Positions 1 to 9,226 of a stretch of 64,000 bases of DNA are shown one piece after another. The notes under the pieces were generated by a model that was not told the DNA's origin, did not search any database, and saw only the letters and a program-made list of their open reading frames with translations. The stretch is from the NCBI GenBank assembly GCA_965209155.1, contig OZ242383.1, positions 352,001 through 416,000 of the forward strand, in the 5' to 3' direction. Each line of letters starts with the position of its first letter. Position 1 is the first letter of the stretch. A program made the position numbers and the translations under genes. The DNA is from a bacterium. GTDB lineage: Bacteria > SAR324 > NAC60-12.

Positions 1-1052
1 ATGGGTGCGACGCGTTCCACCAGGTCCAGCTCGTGGATAGTGGAAAGCAAATCCTCGTACCCTTGCAGGGTCGTCCATGGGGTGAAGGGAATGAAGGTCG
101 GATTGAGAGCCAGCCCTGTTTCATCGAGCAATTGAACCGCTTTCATGAAGTCCGTAAGCGTGTGATTCTTTCGAAAGATCGACAAGACCCGGTTATCAAC
201 GGATTCGACGGCGCTGGTGACCATCAAACATCCTGTTTCTTTCAGCAGTGGCAGTTGATGAGCATGGCGTAAAATATGTTCGATTTTGATGGTGACGTCA
301 TAGGTCAGCCAGGGAAATTCATCGTGCATGGCTTGAACCAGGGGCAGGGCGTGTCCGCTGCCGTTGAAAAAATCGGGATCGCCGAATGTGATGTGCTCCG
401 CTCCCGCTGCTACTTGTTGACGAACGTCCGCCAGCACGATATCGCTTTGAACGATGCGGAATTTCCCTTCGTAAACGGGTACGATCGGACAATGGCGACA
501 CGAATGTTTGCATCCCCGGGAGGCTTCCACGTAACCAACCGTCCGTGAAGAATGAACGCTGCGGGCTAATTGCGCATAACGGGATAGCTCCGGCAAGTCG
601 CTACGTTCCGGGACCCGGAACTGCTGTCTTGCCAGGGAGATGAGGGGTTCATGCTGTCCGGGAGTCCGCATTGCTCCTTCTTCTTTTTGCAGCCGCCGGG
701 CCAGGTGGAGCAGACCCGCCTCGAATTCTCCTCCCAGGATAGTATCTACGCCCAACCTGCGGAGATACGCTTCATTCAAGGGGGCGTAAAGACCATAACA
801 GCATAGATGAGCCCGCCGATTGATTTGCTTCGCCCGGGAAATCGCAGGCACCGCGAGGCGGGTTGCGGTGTGCATGGGAAGATAAAAGGCAACCAGGTCG
901 GCTTGTTCGATCACCTCCACGGGCAGGGGGTCCAGGGACGTGTCCCTGCAACTCACTTTGAACCCGTGATGTCGCAACCACGCTGCCGGGGATGCCAATC
1001 CGAAGGGTTGACGTCCCAGGTCATACGTGGAAATCAAAAGCGCGTGTCGCAT
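1..1052 (-). CDS. B12-binding/radical SAM protein, CUAEP/CCAEP-tail family-like (partial, 3' end beyond window)
   Basis: Not in the ORF track because there is no stop in the window. Manual translation from ATG 1052: MRHALLISTYDLGRQPFGLASPAAWL...FYLPMHTATRLA...VEASRGCKHSCRHCP (CxxxCxxC in frame at about 512-489). Confidence 0.85.
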   Translation of the reverse strand, partial: MRHALLISTYDLGRQPFGLASPAAWLRHHGFKVSCRDTSLDPLPVEVIEQADLVAFYLPMHTATRLAVPAISRAKQINRRAHLCCYGLYAPLNEAYLRRLGVDTILGGEFEAGLLHLARRLQKEEGAMRTPGQHEPLISLARQQFRVPERSDLPELSRYAQLARSVHSSRTVGYVEASRGCKHSCRHCPIVPVYEGKFRIVQSDIVLADVRQQVAAGAEHITFGDPDFFNGSGHALPLVQAMHDEFPWLTYDVTIKIEHILRHAHQLPLLKETGCLMVTSAVESVDNRVLSIFRKNHTLTDFMKAVQLLDETGLALNPTFIPFTPWTTLQGYEDLLSTIHELDLVERVAP

Positions 1053-1057
1053 CGAGC

Positions 1058-1990
1058 TTATTTTGCAGGTTGGTAATAAGGATTGGTCCCATTGGCATGG
1101 TCGGTCACGTCCAGAATTTCCACGATCCCCGGAATATTTTCCTTCACCATCACTTCCACTCCTTGCTTCAAAGTGGCACCGACCATACCGCATCCTTTAC
1201 ATCCCCCACCGAATTCCAGGAAGACGCGCCCGTCCTTGATGTCGATCAATTCCACGAAACCTCCGTGGGAGGCCACCATGGGATTGATCTGTTCTGCGAG
1301 CAGTTGTTCCATCATATCCTTCTCGTTCCCATCGAGGGGGGCCACTTCGCATTCCGCATTGCTGACCTTGAAGGGTTCGTCCGAGCTTTCGTCATAATCA
1401 ACGAAAGTATCTTCCAGGAACAACATGGCATCCGCATCCAGGTAAATCTCGAAATCTCCGTTATCGAGTACCGTGTCCCGGGAGGTGTCCTCTTCCACGC
1501 TGACGAAGGCGGAACCGAACCTCGCTTTTTTTGTCGAGATGGGTTTGACGACGATGCGAAACCCTTTTAAGGAGGAATCTTGCAGTCGTTGTCTGATGTG
1601 CTCCCTGGCGCTTTTTGAAATGGAATAGTCGACGTGGCGCAGGGATTCGACGAGGGCCTGGTAGTCATCGATGAAATAGAAAGTATCGAATCCATTTTCA
1701 TAGAGAATCTCCGCCGCCTGCCGTCCTTCGTCGTTTTCGCCACCATAAAGCAGGATGTCGCCTTCATAAGGCATTTGGTAAATGGCGTCATCAAAGTGAT
1801 GCATAGGCAGTGAGTACGCGCCCGGCAAATGGGAATGCTCGTATTCTTCCGCCGTCCTCAGGTCAAACACGTAGGGTCGTACCGCCGTCTTCCGTTTCTC
1901 CAGAAATCCGGCAAAAGACAGACGAAAGGTTTCGGGATCGAATTTTTCTTCTTCCGTCGTGGAATCGGACAGGTTTTTAAAGTTGAACAT
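1058..1990 (-). CDS. Rhodanese-like + degenerate HesB/IscA-like + NifU-C (NfuA-like) Fe-S biogenesis fusion protein
   Basis: FDLRTAEEYEHSHLPGAYSLP (rhodanese); INPMVASHGGFVEL...GGGCKGCG...VTDH (NifU-C CxxC). AAGGAG RBS supports the ATG at 1990 rather than 2131. Confidence 0.85.
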   Translation of the reverse strand: MFNFKNLSDSTTEEEKFDPETFRLSFAGFLEKRKTAVRPYVFDLRTAEEYEHSHLPGAYSLPMHHFDDAIYQMPYEGDILLYGGENDEGRQAAEILYENGFDTFYFIDDYQALVESLRHVDYSISKSAREHIRQRLQDSSLKGFRIVVKPISTKKARFGSAFVSVEEDTSRDTVLDNGDFEIYLDADAMLFLEDTFVDYDESSDEPFKVSNAECEVAPLDGNEKDMMEQLLAEQINPMVASHGGFVELIDIKDGRVFLEFGGGCKGCGMVGATLKQGVEVMVKENIPGIVEILDVTDHANGTNPYYQPAK

Positions 1991-2177
1991 AGCAGGCTCC
2001 TTTTTGCAGACTTTTTTCACTCGGCATTCTTTAGCCCTGATTGTAGCGCATGTCCGCATTATGTCAACAAGCTTGCGCGAATAGTCCGGGCTCATAGAGA
2101 ACTTTGAGCTTTCTTTTTGGCAGAATTTCATTTATATTCAAGCATTTTCATTTCCTCCCCATTCCTCCGAAAACACT

Positions 2178-3476
2178 TTGCGGAAAATAGACTCCCACGT
2201 CTGGCAGAAGACCGGCACAACAATACGAACTTCCCGCCAGGGGCCCGCTTCTCTCCCGAGAAGCGAATCTCACTCACGGGAAGCAGGCAGTCCTCGTCTG
2301 GCGCAGGCTTTGATTATACCAAAGCAGCGCAGCCTGGAACTCCCCCCTGTCCATGGATTCCATCCCTACCCGGGACGCTGTCATCCCTATATCGCGCGCG
2401 CGCTTCTGCAACAAATCAAGGCGCGAAACGGTTCCTGTCTTTTCGACCCTTTTATGGGAGGAGGGACTTTCCTGGTGGAGGGGATGTGCCGGGAATTTGA
2501 AGTGTTGGGTAACGATCTCAACCCGATCGCTTCCCTGACGGCTCGGGAACGCTGCCGTCCGCGCACTCCCCTGGAAAGCCGTGGCGTATTCGAGACGGCC
2601 GCCAGGTTGCGGCAAAGGATCATTGCCGGAGAAGGTTCTGCCGAGAAGAAAATCATCCTCCGTCGCAACGTGACCTGGCTCAAGCCTCATTACGCCCCTC
2701 ACCTTTTCGTGGAATTGCTTTCCTGGATCGACGCCATCGATAAGATTTCCCCGTCTCCGGTGCGTGACACGCTCCGCGCGGTGTTCGTCAGTCTGGTATT
2801 CCGATTTTCGAATGAATTCACAGACCCGGATGGAGAGCGAAAAACGCCATCCATCCGCAAAGGAGTGATTTCACGCCGGATGCTCCAGCAAACGGAGACG
2901 TTGCTCAAAGCGCAAAACGACTTCAAACGCAAAATCTCCCTGAAGACCAAAGCGGCCACGATTTCGGTGAAAGACATCAACAGGCTCGGAGCCAGCGAGA
3001 ACGACTTCCTGGAAAAACCCGTGGATTTGATTGTCACTCACCCTCCCCTGCCGGACGCTTATGATTATTACCGCCATTACGAGTTGCAATTGAAATGGCT
3101 CGATTTGCCTCACAAGGATCTGAAACACCATGAAATCGGCCCCCGCCGCATGTCGGGCAGGCAATGGAAACCGCATTTTCGGGAAATCCTTTTCAAACTG
3201 CGGAAATTGCTCAAACCCGGAGGATCCTGCTACCTCATCTTCCACGACTGGCGGGAAAACGACACCCCCGTCGACGCCTTGGCCTACTTTAAAAAATACG
3301 CCCCCAGCGTTGGATGGACTTTCCGCGAATCCGCATCCCTGGAACGACCCGCTCGTTTTTACGAAAAATACGACAGACGAGAACACCTCATCCATCTCGA
3401 GAATCCACTTCCCTACAAACCCCGCAAGGGTGTTTCCCCCGGAAAAGAAAAGCATCCCACTTTCACGTCTTCTTGA
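2178..3476 (+). CDS. SAM-dependent N4/N6 DNA-methyltransferase-like protein with degenerate catalytic motif
   Basis: HGFHPYPG, motif I LFDPFMGGGT, GNDLNP; motif IV position reads THPPL instead of (S/D/N)PPY. Start uncertain. Confidence 0.7.
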   Translation: MRKIDSHVWQKTGTTIRTSRQGPASLPRSESHSREAGSPRLAQALIIPKQRSLELPPVHGFHPYPGRCHPYIARALLQQIKARNGSCLFDPFMGGGTFLVEGMCREFEVLGNDLNPIASLTARERCRPRTPLESRGVFETAARLRQRIIAGEGSAEKKIILRRNVTWLKPHYAPHLFVELLSWIDAIDKISPSPVRDTLRAVFVSLVFRFSNEFTDPDGERKTPSIRKGVISRRMLQQTETLLKAQNDFKRKISLKTKAATISVKDINRLGASENDFLEKPVDLIVTHPPLPDAYDYYRHYELQLKWLDLPHKDLKHHEIGPRRMSGRQWKPHFREILFKLRKLLKPGGSCYLIFHDWRENDTPVDALAYFKKYAPSVGWTFRESASLERPARFYEKYDRREHLIHLENPLPYKPRKGVSPGKEKHPTFTSS

Positions 3477-3522
3477 GTGAATCTGCATCAGAGATTGTTC
3501 TTTTTGAAATCATACTCAACGA

Positions 3523-4902
3523 TTAAAAAAGACAGGAAATGGCGAGGTTGAGTTGGTTCCGGTAGGGATTGAGCCCGAATTCGCTGAAAGTGGGTCCCTG
3601 GAAAGTAGTCCATTCCAGGGAGAGGGTCCATTGGTCGCTGCGGAACTGGCTCAATTTTTCACGAAAGAGGAAACTGGAATCGTCCAAATTGAACAAGGCG
3701 ATGCTTTCCGATTCGTAGTTGCTGGCAAATCGATTGCTGATCAAACGCAGAAAAATGTAATTTTGTCGAAAAGGATTGCGTTTCAGAAGGAGTTGCGTTT
3801 GAGACAGAAACCCCGAATGAGGATCACTTCCCACAATGCGCGTCGAATTCTCTTTTTGCGCACGGTGCGCGGTTTGAATCCCCTGCCGGATGAGTCTCCA
3901 TTCTTGCCGGGAATAACCCGGTTCATGGAAAAGCCATTCAGCAGCCAGGTTGAATCCATTGCTGAAAGTGAACTGGGCTCCGCTTAAAAACCGGGAGAAG
4001 AGCCGGTTTTTGCCGGAGTGGTCGTTCCGATAAACAAAAAACGGGGAATTTCCTCCGGTTTCAACCTCCGCATTCCATGGTCGTTCACTCATCGAGGGGA
4101 CCGGGTGACCGCGACCCCGTTGCAACGCGTATTCCCCGTGGATTTCGAGGGATTCTCCCAGGACCGCATTCCAGGCAAGGCCGCTCGTTGCAGGCAGCGT
4201 CTGCGGCGCGAGAGGGCTGCCCTCGAGATAATCCCGCAAGCTATGCCCTTCCATTCCTCCCTGCACGTGAATCCAGGAAAGATCGAAATCGCCAAACGTA
4301 TGATCCCACTTGAAAGCAATCCTTCTTTTGTTTTCCGAATCCGGAATGACGAAGGCCTGTTCAACGGTTTTTTCGTCGCCAACCCCTGCCAGGATGGCAC
4401 TGAAAGTGGAACGCTCCCCTAATATTTCCAGCTTCAACAGGGTCACTCCGGGGTGATTCGCATGGGGCTCCGCAGGATCTTCAGGAGGGAGTAGGACGTT
4501 GACCGGATTGAACGCATAACCGGTCCCCCATTTTTCCAGGACTTTACCCACGTCCAAGAAAACGAGGGGCGTTATTTCATAATGAAGCGCGCCTTCGATC
4601 AGACGGAATCGACCACCGGATTGCCTCCCGCTTTCCCGGAAGATCGCTTCTCCACGGAAATAAAAACGAAAGCGAGGATGCCATTCCCCCTGGATTTCGC
4701 CAAGCAGCGACCCGACGACCTGCCAGGGGGAGAGCGCGATTCCCGGCGTTGGCCACCCGTCATTTGTTCTCTGCTCGTTTTTTTGCCATTCAACCCGCCA
4801 TTCTCCACGCGAGTCCCGGAAATCCAAAGCTTGGGCGGATATGGCAAAAAGAAGCCAAGCGATGGTGCAACCACCGATCCCGTTGACGTACGAGGCCCTC
4901 AT
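3523..4902 (-). CDS. Putative outer-membrane beta-barrel protein
   Basis: Signal peptide, WGTGYAFNP motif, amphipathic strands, C-terminal Phe; 4-nt overlap with the upstream gene. Confidence 0.65.
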   Translation of the reverse strand: MRASYVNGIGGCTIAWLLFAISAQALDFRDSRGEWRVEWQKNEQRTNDGWPTPGIALSPWQVVGSLLGEIQGEWHPRFRFYFRGEAIFRESGRQSGGRFRLIEGALHYEITPLVFLDVGKVLEKWGTGYAFNPVNVLLPPEDPAEPHANHPGVTLLKLEILGERSTFSAILAGVGDEKTVEQAFVIPDSENKRRIAFKWDHTFGDFDLSWIHVQGGMEGHSLRDYLEGSPLAPQTLPATSGLAWNAVLGESLEIHGEYALQRGRGHPVPSMSERPWNAEVETGGNSPFFVYRNDHSGKNRLFSRFLSGAQFTFSNGFNLAAEWLFHEPGYSRQEWRLIRQGIQTAHRAQKENSTRIVGSDPHSGFLSQTQLLLKRNPFRQNYIFLRLISNRFASNYESESIALFNLDDSSFLFREKLSQFRSDQWTLSLEWTTFQGPTFSEFGLNPYRNQLNLAISCLF

Positions 4903-5684
4903 TTCATGCGTTTCAGGTACGTTTTTTGAAACATGGCCGGGGGAAGATCAATGGCTTCCCATTGGCTATAGTCCATGATGGTGCGATGCCCTTCCCGGAG
5001 AGGATTGAGAATCAACAATCGAGCCAGCTTCGGTCCACCGGGGGTTTTCGTATATTTATGATAGTGTACCACTTTCAGGAGTTTCCCGGAGACGGCATAG
5101 TGTTCGCTTTTGAGCGGACGATGGTCTTTGCGGGAAATCCAATATCTCAAGCGAGCGTAAGTCACTTTGCGATCGACCGCTTTCAACTCCATCAAATGAC
5201 AAGGTTCCCCATCGATCGTGTCCTTACCCACTATTCGAGCCTGGTAATCGCCGGAAAAGCGCGTCCCTGCGACGTCTCCGTTGGAGGCTTCTCCGAGGAG
5301 ACGCTGGAGGGGAGTGATACGGATCAGCTTCCTGGTTTTGGGAACATGAAACCAGAGCGCGCGATCTTTGAAAAGCATGGCTTTTCCTTTGTCGCGGACG
5401 GGGGCATCAAACCTGACCAAACTGGCCTCCTCCCGGACAAATACGGACATGCGCTTGGTGTGTTTCGCTTCACCATGAATGATGCTGGTCACTTGCAGGG
5501 TGAATTTAAAACTTCGTCCGGGATATCCGCGGAAACTATCGGCATCCCGGATCAATTGTTCACCGTCCGGCCCTTCCGCCGGAGCAAAATGCGGAATCCA
5601 CAACAAGAATACCAACAGCAGTGAAGGGAAGTGGAAAAAAATAGGGTGGATGAGCGCGGGTGTCTTCATGATCGCCTTTCTCAC
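4899..5684 (-). CDS. Outer membrane lipoprotein-sorting protein (LolA-like)
   Basis: Signal peptide; RFDAPVRDKGKAML, RITPLQRLLGEASNGD, YAVSGKLLK motifs typical of the family. Confidence 0.8.
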   Translation of the reverse strand: MRKAIMKTPALIHPIFFHFPSLLLVFLLWIPHFAPAEGPDGEQLIRDADSFRGYPGRSFKFTLQVTSIIHGEAKHTKRMSVFVREEASLVRFDAPVRDKGKAMLFKDRALWFHVPKTRKLIRITPLQRLLGEASNGDVAGTRFSGDYQARIVGKDTIDGEPCHLMELKAVDRKVTYARLRYWISRKDHRPLKSEHYAVSGKLLKVVHYHKYTKTPGGPKLARLLILNPLREGHRTIMDYSQWEAIDLPPAMFQKTYLKRMK

Positions 5685-5686
5685 AA

Positions 5687-6916
5687 TTACGTAAATCGCA
5701 GGGCATCCACGATTTTCAAACGAGCCGCTTTCAGGGCGGGATAAATACTGGATAGCAGCGCAGCGCCTGCTGCCAGCAAAAAGCCGACTGCCAGGACGGA
5801 AGGAACAATTCGTATTATGATGGGGAACCCGATGGAGGAACCAGGAGGGGGCGGCATCATGAATTGTCCCGCAGTGACGAGCGTGGCAGTGACCACCCCC
5901 AGCAAAATGCCAATCACTCCACCGAGCGCGCCCAACAACGTTCCTTCCAGGAGAATAAGCGCCACGACTCCTTTTTTCCGTGTACCCAGGGCGCGAATGG
6001 TGCCGATTTCCGGGGTGCGTTCCATCACGCTCATGGTCATGGTGTTGGCGATTCCCAAAAAGACGATGACCATGACGATCAACTGCAGAAATCCAAACAA
6101 GCCGTCATACAATCTCACCACGGCGTGGTAAAAAGGTGCCAGTTCGCTCCAGGTTTTGATTTCGACCTGCAATTCAGCCTGTTGAAACAGGATGGCCAGT
6201 TGTTTGGCAACAGCCTCCGTCCGTGCGGTTTCGTCCAGCAATACCACCATATTCGTTACTCCCTCGTTGTCCAGGAGAAACCGGGTGTGCTGCAGGTTCA
6301 TCCGCATCGCCCGCTCATCGTACTCATTGGAAAAGGATTCGAAGATTCCGGCAACGACCACGTCGACTGCATTGATAGCGCCATCGCTGGTGGAAGCGAG
6401 CAGGGTCAGCACGTCTCCGGGGCGGGCATGCAAGGAGGCCGCCAGTCCCTTTCCCATGAGCACTTCATCCTCGTCGTCTTCGAAAAGCGCTTCTCCGTCA
6501 ATAAGCGTCAATCCCACGCTCATTTCAGCTTCTTTTTCTACTTCTCCGCCAATCCCGATTACTGCGATGGACGTCCTGCCGTTGCTCAGGAGCCCTGAAA
6601 ATTCGAGGCGGGCGGTGACGATTTCCACACCGGAGATTTCTTCGAGGATGAGATTTATTTTTTTTATGGATTGCGGTGAAAGCAAGAATTTTTCTGGGGC
6701 CCTGGCCCGGTTTTCCTGGAAACCGGCCTGGAAAATTTGAATATGACCCAACCTGGAATGGATGGTGCTTTCCCGCAGTCCCTGGTAATTGGCTTGAATG
6801 AATCCGCCAAATAAAATGAGGGCGACGCTTCCGCAGACGATGGCCGTCAGGGTCAATCCCGTACGCCGTTTGTTACGGAATATGTTGCGCAAGGCCAATT
6901 TGCAGAGAAGGGTCAT
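5687..6916 (-). CDS. ABC transporter permease, FtsX/LolE/MacB family
   Basis: LALRNIFRNKRRT N-terminus, large periplasmic loop, MSVMERTPEIGTIRALG, C-terminal YPALKAARLKIVDALR. Confidence 0.9.
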   Translation of the reverse strand: MTLLCKLALRNIFRNKRRTGLTLTAIVCGSVALILFGGFIQANYQGLRESTIHSRLGHIQIFQAGFQENRARAPEKFLLSPQSIKKINLILEEISGVEIVTARLEFSGLLSNGRTSIAVIGIGGEVEKEAEMSVGLTLIDGEALFEDDEDEVLMGKGLAASLHARPGDVLTLLASTSDGAINAVDVVVAGIFESFSNEYDERAMRMNLQHTRFLLDNEGVTNMVVLLDETARTEAVAKQLAILFQQAELQVEIKTWSELAPFYHAVVRLYDGLFGFLQLIVMVIVFLGIANTMTMSVMERTPEIGTIRALGTRKKGVVALILLEGTLLGALGGVIGILLGVVTATLVTAGQFMMPPPPGSSIGFPIIIRIVPSVLAVGFLLAAGAALLSSIYPALKAARLKIVDALRFT

Positions 6917-7641
6917 GGGGTGCTCCCGGTGGAGAGACTTTGACGAATTTTTTCACTTTCCTTGCGAACCGCGCCGTTTTCCTGTTCCGCCTGTTCCAAA
7001 TAAGCCTGGACCCGCTGCAGGTAAGAGGGATGTGGATGCTTTCCCCCTTCCTTGAACTTCCAGGCATAGGCGGCAGCCAGGGCGAGATAAACCTCCGCCA
7101 TCAATTCGTCCGGCAGCGAGTCGAGCTTTCCGGGAGTTTGGGACATGAAATACCGTTCATCTTCGAATACGAGATCAAAATCGCTGAAACGTCCTTGCAG
7201 GGCAGTGAGGGTATTGATGCGTACCAGGCGGACGACGGGGTCGTCCGGAGCCAGAGCAACTGCTTCGTCGAGGGCGGCCAGTCCTTGTATGAGGGAAACG
7301 ATCTTACAGATTCCCCAGCACCAGGGGAGGGCGGCTCCCGCCCGTTTCGTCCGGTTGGTTCCCCACCAGGCCAGGACGATTCCTTCTTGCGGGGCGACCG
7401 CCCTCGCTTTTGTGAATTGTTGGTCCGCGGCTTCCAGGTGGTTATGGAAAAAATAAATTTGTCCCAGGCGCACCCGGCTTTCCACGTCTTCCGGATCGTC
7501 TCGAATTTCCTGCTTCAATTGGGCAATTTCCGCGTTGTTTTCGGCACTCATGGGAGTTTGCGGAAAATCTTGCGGGGCCGCTCCGAAAATCCAGGCCATG
7601 GCAAATCCTGTCAAGTAACCCAATAAAATCGTTTCCATCAT
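6913..7641 (-). CDS. Exported TPR-repeat protein
   Basis: Hydrophobic N-terminus; TPR-like helices (DPEDVESRVRLGQIYF, LDEAVALAPDDP). Confidence 0.7.
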   Translation of the reverse strand: MMETILLGYLTGFAMAWIFGAAPQDFPQTPMSAENNAEIAQLKQEIRDDPEDVESRVRLGQIYFFHNHLEAADQQFTKARAVAPQEGIVLAWWGTNRTKRAGAALPWCWGICKIVSLIQGLAALDEAVALAPDDPVVRLVRINTLTALQGRFSDFDLVFEDERYFMSQTPGKLDSLPDELMAEVYLALAAAYAWKFKEGGKHPHPSYLQRVQAYLEQAEQENGAVRKESEKIRQSLSTGSTP

Positions 7642-7664
7642 TCCTCTCAAATTAAAGTTTGTAT

Positions 7665-8339
7665 TCAGATTTTATCCCGAGCTTTCTCCGCTTCCGGGTA
7701 ATGTGGCGCCAGGCGGATGACTTGTTGCCATTGAGCATTGGCTTTTTCAGGATCTCCGCTCATTTCATAGGCTTGACCGAGGTTGAAATGGAGACTCGCC
7801 CTGAATTCCACTGAAGCATTTTTCGCCAATTTCAAAGCATGCCGGAAATCCAGCACCGCAATGCGCGCCCTGTTGAAAAATTCAGGCAGGTTGAGGGCGT
7901 TCCTACCCCTCAAGATGCGCAGTTCCAGGTTGTCGGGCTCCTCCCGGATCGCTTTGTCCAGGAGACGCGTACCCCGGTTGACGTATTTCATTTTTTGCAG
8001 ACCGTCCTCGACGGTGATGGCCATCATGGTGGTGATGCTGCCCAGGAAGGCTTTCGTGATCATATGCGTTTTATCCCGGGCGTGGGCTTTTTTCAGCAGG
8101 GAGTGAGACTCGCGGATGGAGTCCATCTCGCCCGGCCCCTCCACGGCCTTCATGTGGTAAATAATGCCCAATTCGCGTAATGCTTTTATCGAGTCTCGAT
8201 CGGATTGTAAGCGGGCCAGGTATTTTTGTTCCAGTCGATCTCGCTCAGCCCCCGGCGTGGTCAACTCAGGCAAATCAGTGGCATGCAGGAGAGCGGCGCA
8301 GAAGAACACGTTGATCGAGATTGAAATGACGTTTTTCAT
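7665..8339 (-). CDS. Exported TPR-repeat protein
   Basis: Signal peptide; LDKAIREEPDNLELRILRG, HFNLGQAYEMSGDPEKANAQWQQVIRLAP. Confidence 0.75.
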   Translation of the reverse strand: MKNVISISINVFFCAALLHATDLPELTTPGAERDRLEQKYLARLQSDRDSIKALRELGIIYHMKAVEGPGEMDSIRESHSLLKKAHARDKTHMITKAFLGSITTMMAITVEDGLQKMKYVNRGTRLLDKAIREEPDNLELRILRGRNALNLPEFFNRARIAVLDFRHALKLAKNASVEFRASLHFNLGQAYEMSGDPEKANAQWQQVIRLAPHYPEAEKARDKI

Positions 8340-9055
8340 TGAATGGCTCCTTTGCTTTTTTTCTTGATTTCAATTTCGGTCACCCTCCCATCCTTCAGGT
8401 TCAACAAACGATGGGCATGACGCATAACGAGGGAATCGTGGCTGGCAAAGATAAAGGTAAGGCCGTCCTCCGCATTGACCCGTAACATCAGTCGAATGAT
8501 TTCCTGTGAGGTTTTGGAGTCCAGGTTAGCAGTGGGTTCGTCGGCCAGGACCAGGGATGGCTTTCCCACCAGGGCTCGAGCAATGGCCACCCTTTGCTGT
8601 TGTCCTCCGGAAAGTTCATTGGGATAGCGTCTGGCAAGATCCCGCAAGCCAACTTGCGTCAATGCCTGCAAGGCCCGTTCTTCCGCGCAGGAAGTTTGCG
8701 CCAGCAAGAGGGGATATTCGACGTTTTCCAAGGCAGTCAGAACAGGAATCAGGTTGAATGATTGAAAAATGAATCCCAAATGTCGTACACGTATTTTTGA
8801 CAATTCGTCGTCTCCCAGGTTTTGGAGTTGCTTGTTTACGATTTCGACCGATCCCCGGTCCGGCGAATCAAGGGCGCCGATGAGGTTCAATAACGTTGAT
8901 TTACCGCTTCCGCTAGGACCACCAATTGCTAGAAATTCTCCCGCCCGAACTTCCAGGGAAATCCCTTGCAGTGCCATGACCCGGGTCTTTCCCAGAAGAT
9001 AACTTTTGCATACGTCGTTCAATTTGACGACAGCCGTGTTTTCCAAGTTTTCCAA
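8336..9055 (-). CDS. ABC transporter ATP-binding protein (LolD/MacB-like)
   Basis: [43 protein letters not shown]. Confidence 0.92.
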   Translation of the reverse strand: MENLENTAVVKLNDVCKSYLLGKTRVMALQGISLEVRAGEFLAIGGPSGSGKSTLLNLIGALDSPDRGSVEIVNKQLQNLGDDELSKIRVRHLGFIFQSFNLIPVLTALENVEYPLLLAQTSCAEERALQALTQVGLRDLARRYPNELSGGQQQRVAIARALVGKPSLVLADEPTANLDSKTSQEIIRLMLRVNAEDGLTFIFASHDSLVMRHAHRLLNLKDGRVTEIEIKKKSKGAIQ

Positions 9056-9226
9056 TTCGTCTGAAAGTTTAAAAAATTGCCGGGACAGTTGATAACGTCA
9101 ACACGGTAACGACTGAAAAAATGGCCGACAAGAGAAATGTCACGAGTGGTCGGATCTTGTCATCGTTGGACAAGTCCTTGGAGTGTATTGATCTTGTCTT
9201 GAATGGGTAGAAAGGCAGGGAAATAA

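Noticed and set aside
33..1076. Several short plus- and minus-strand ORFs in the track
   Set aside because: They are shadows of the radical SAM gene on the minus strand (1052 to the edge).
9056..9226. Possible LytTR direct repeats (GACA/TGTCA at roughly 21-42 bp spacing)
   Set aside because: Too degenerate to call by eye.
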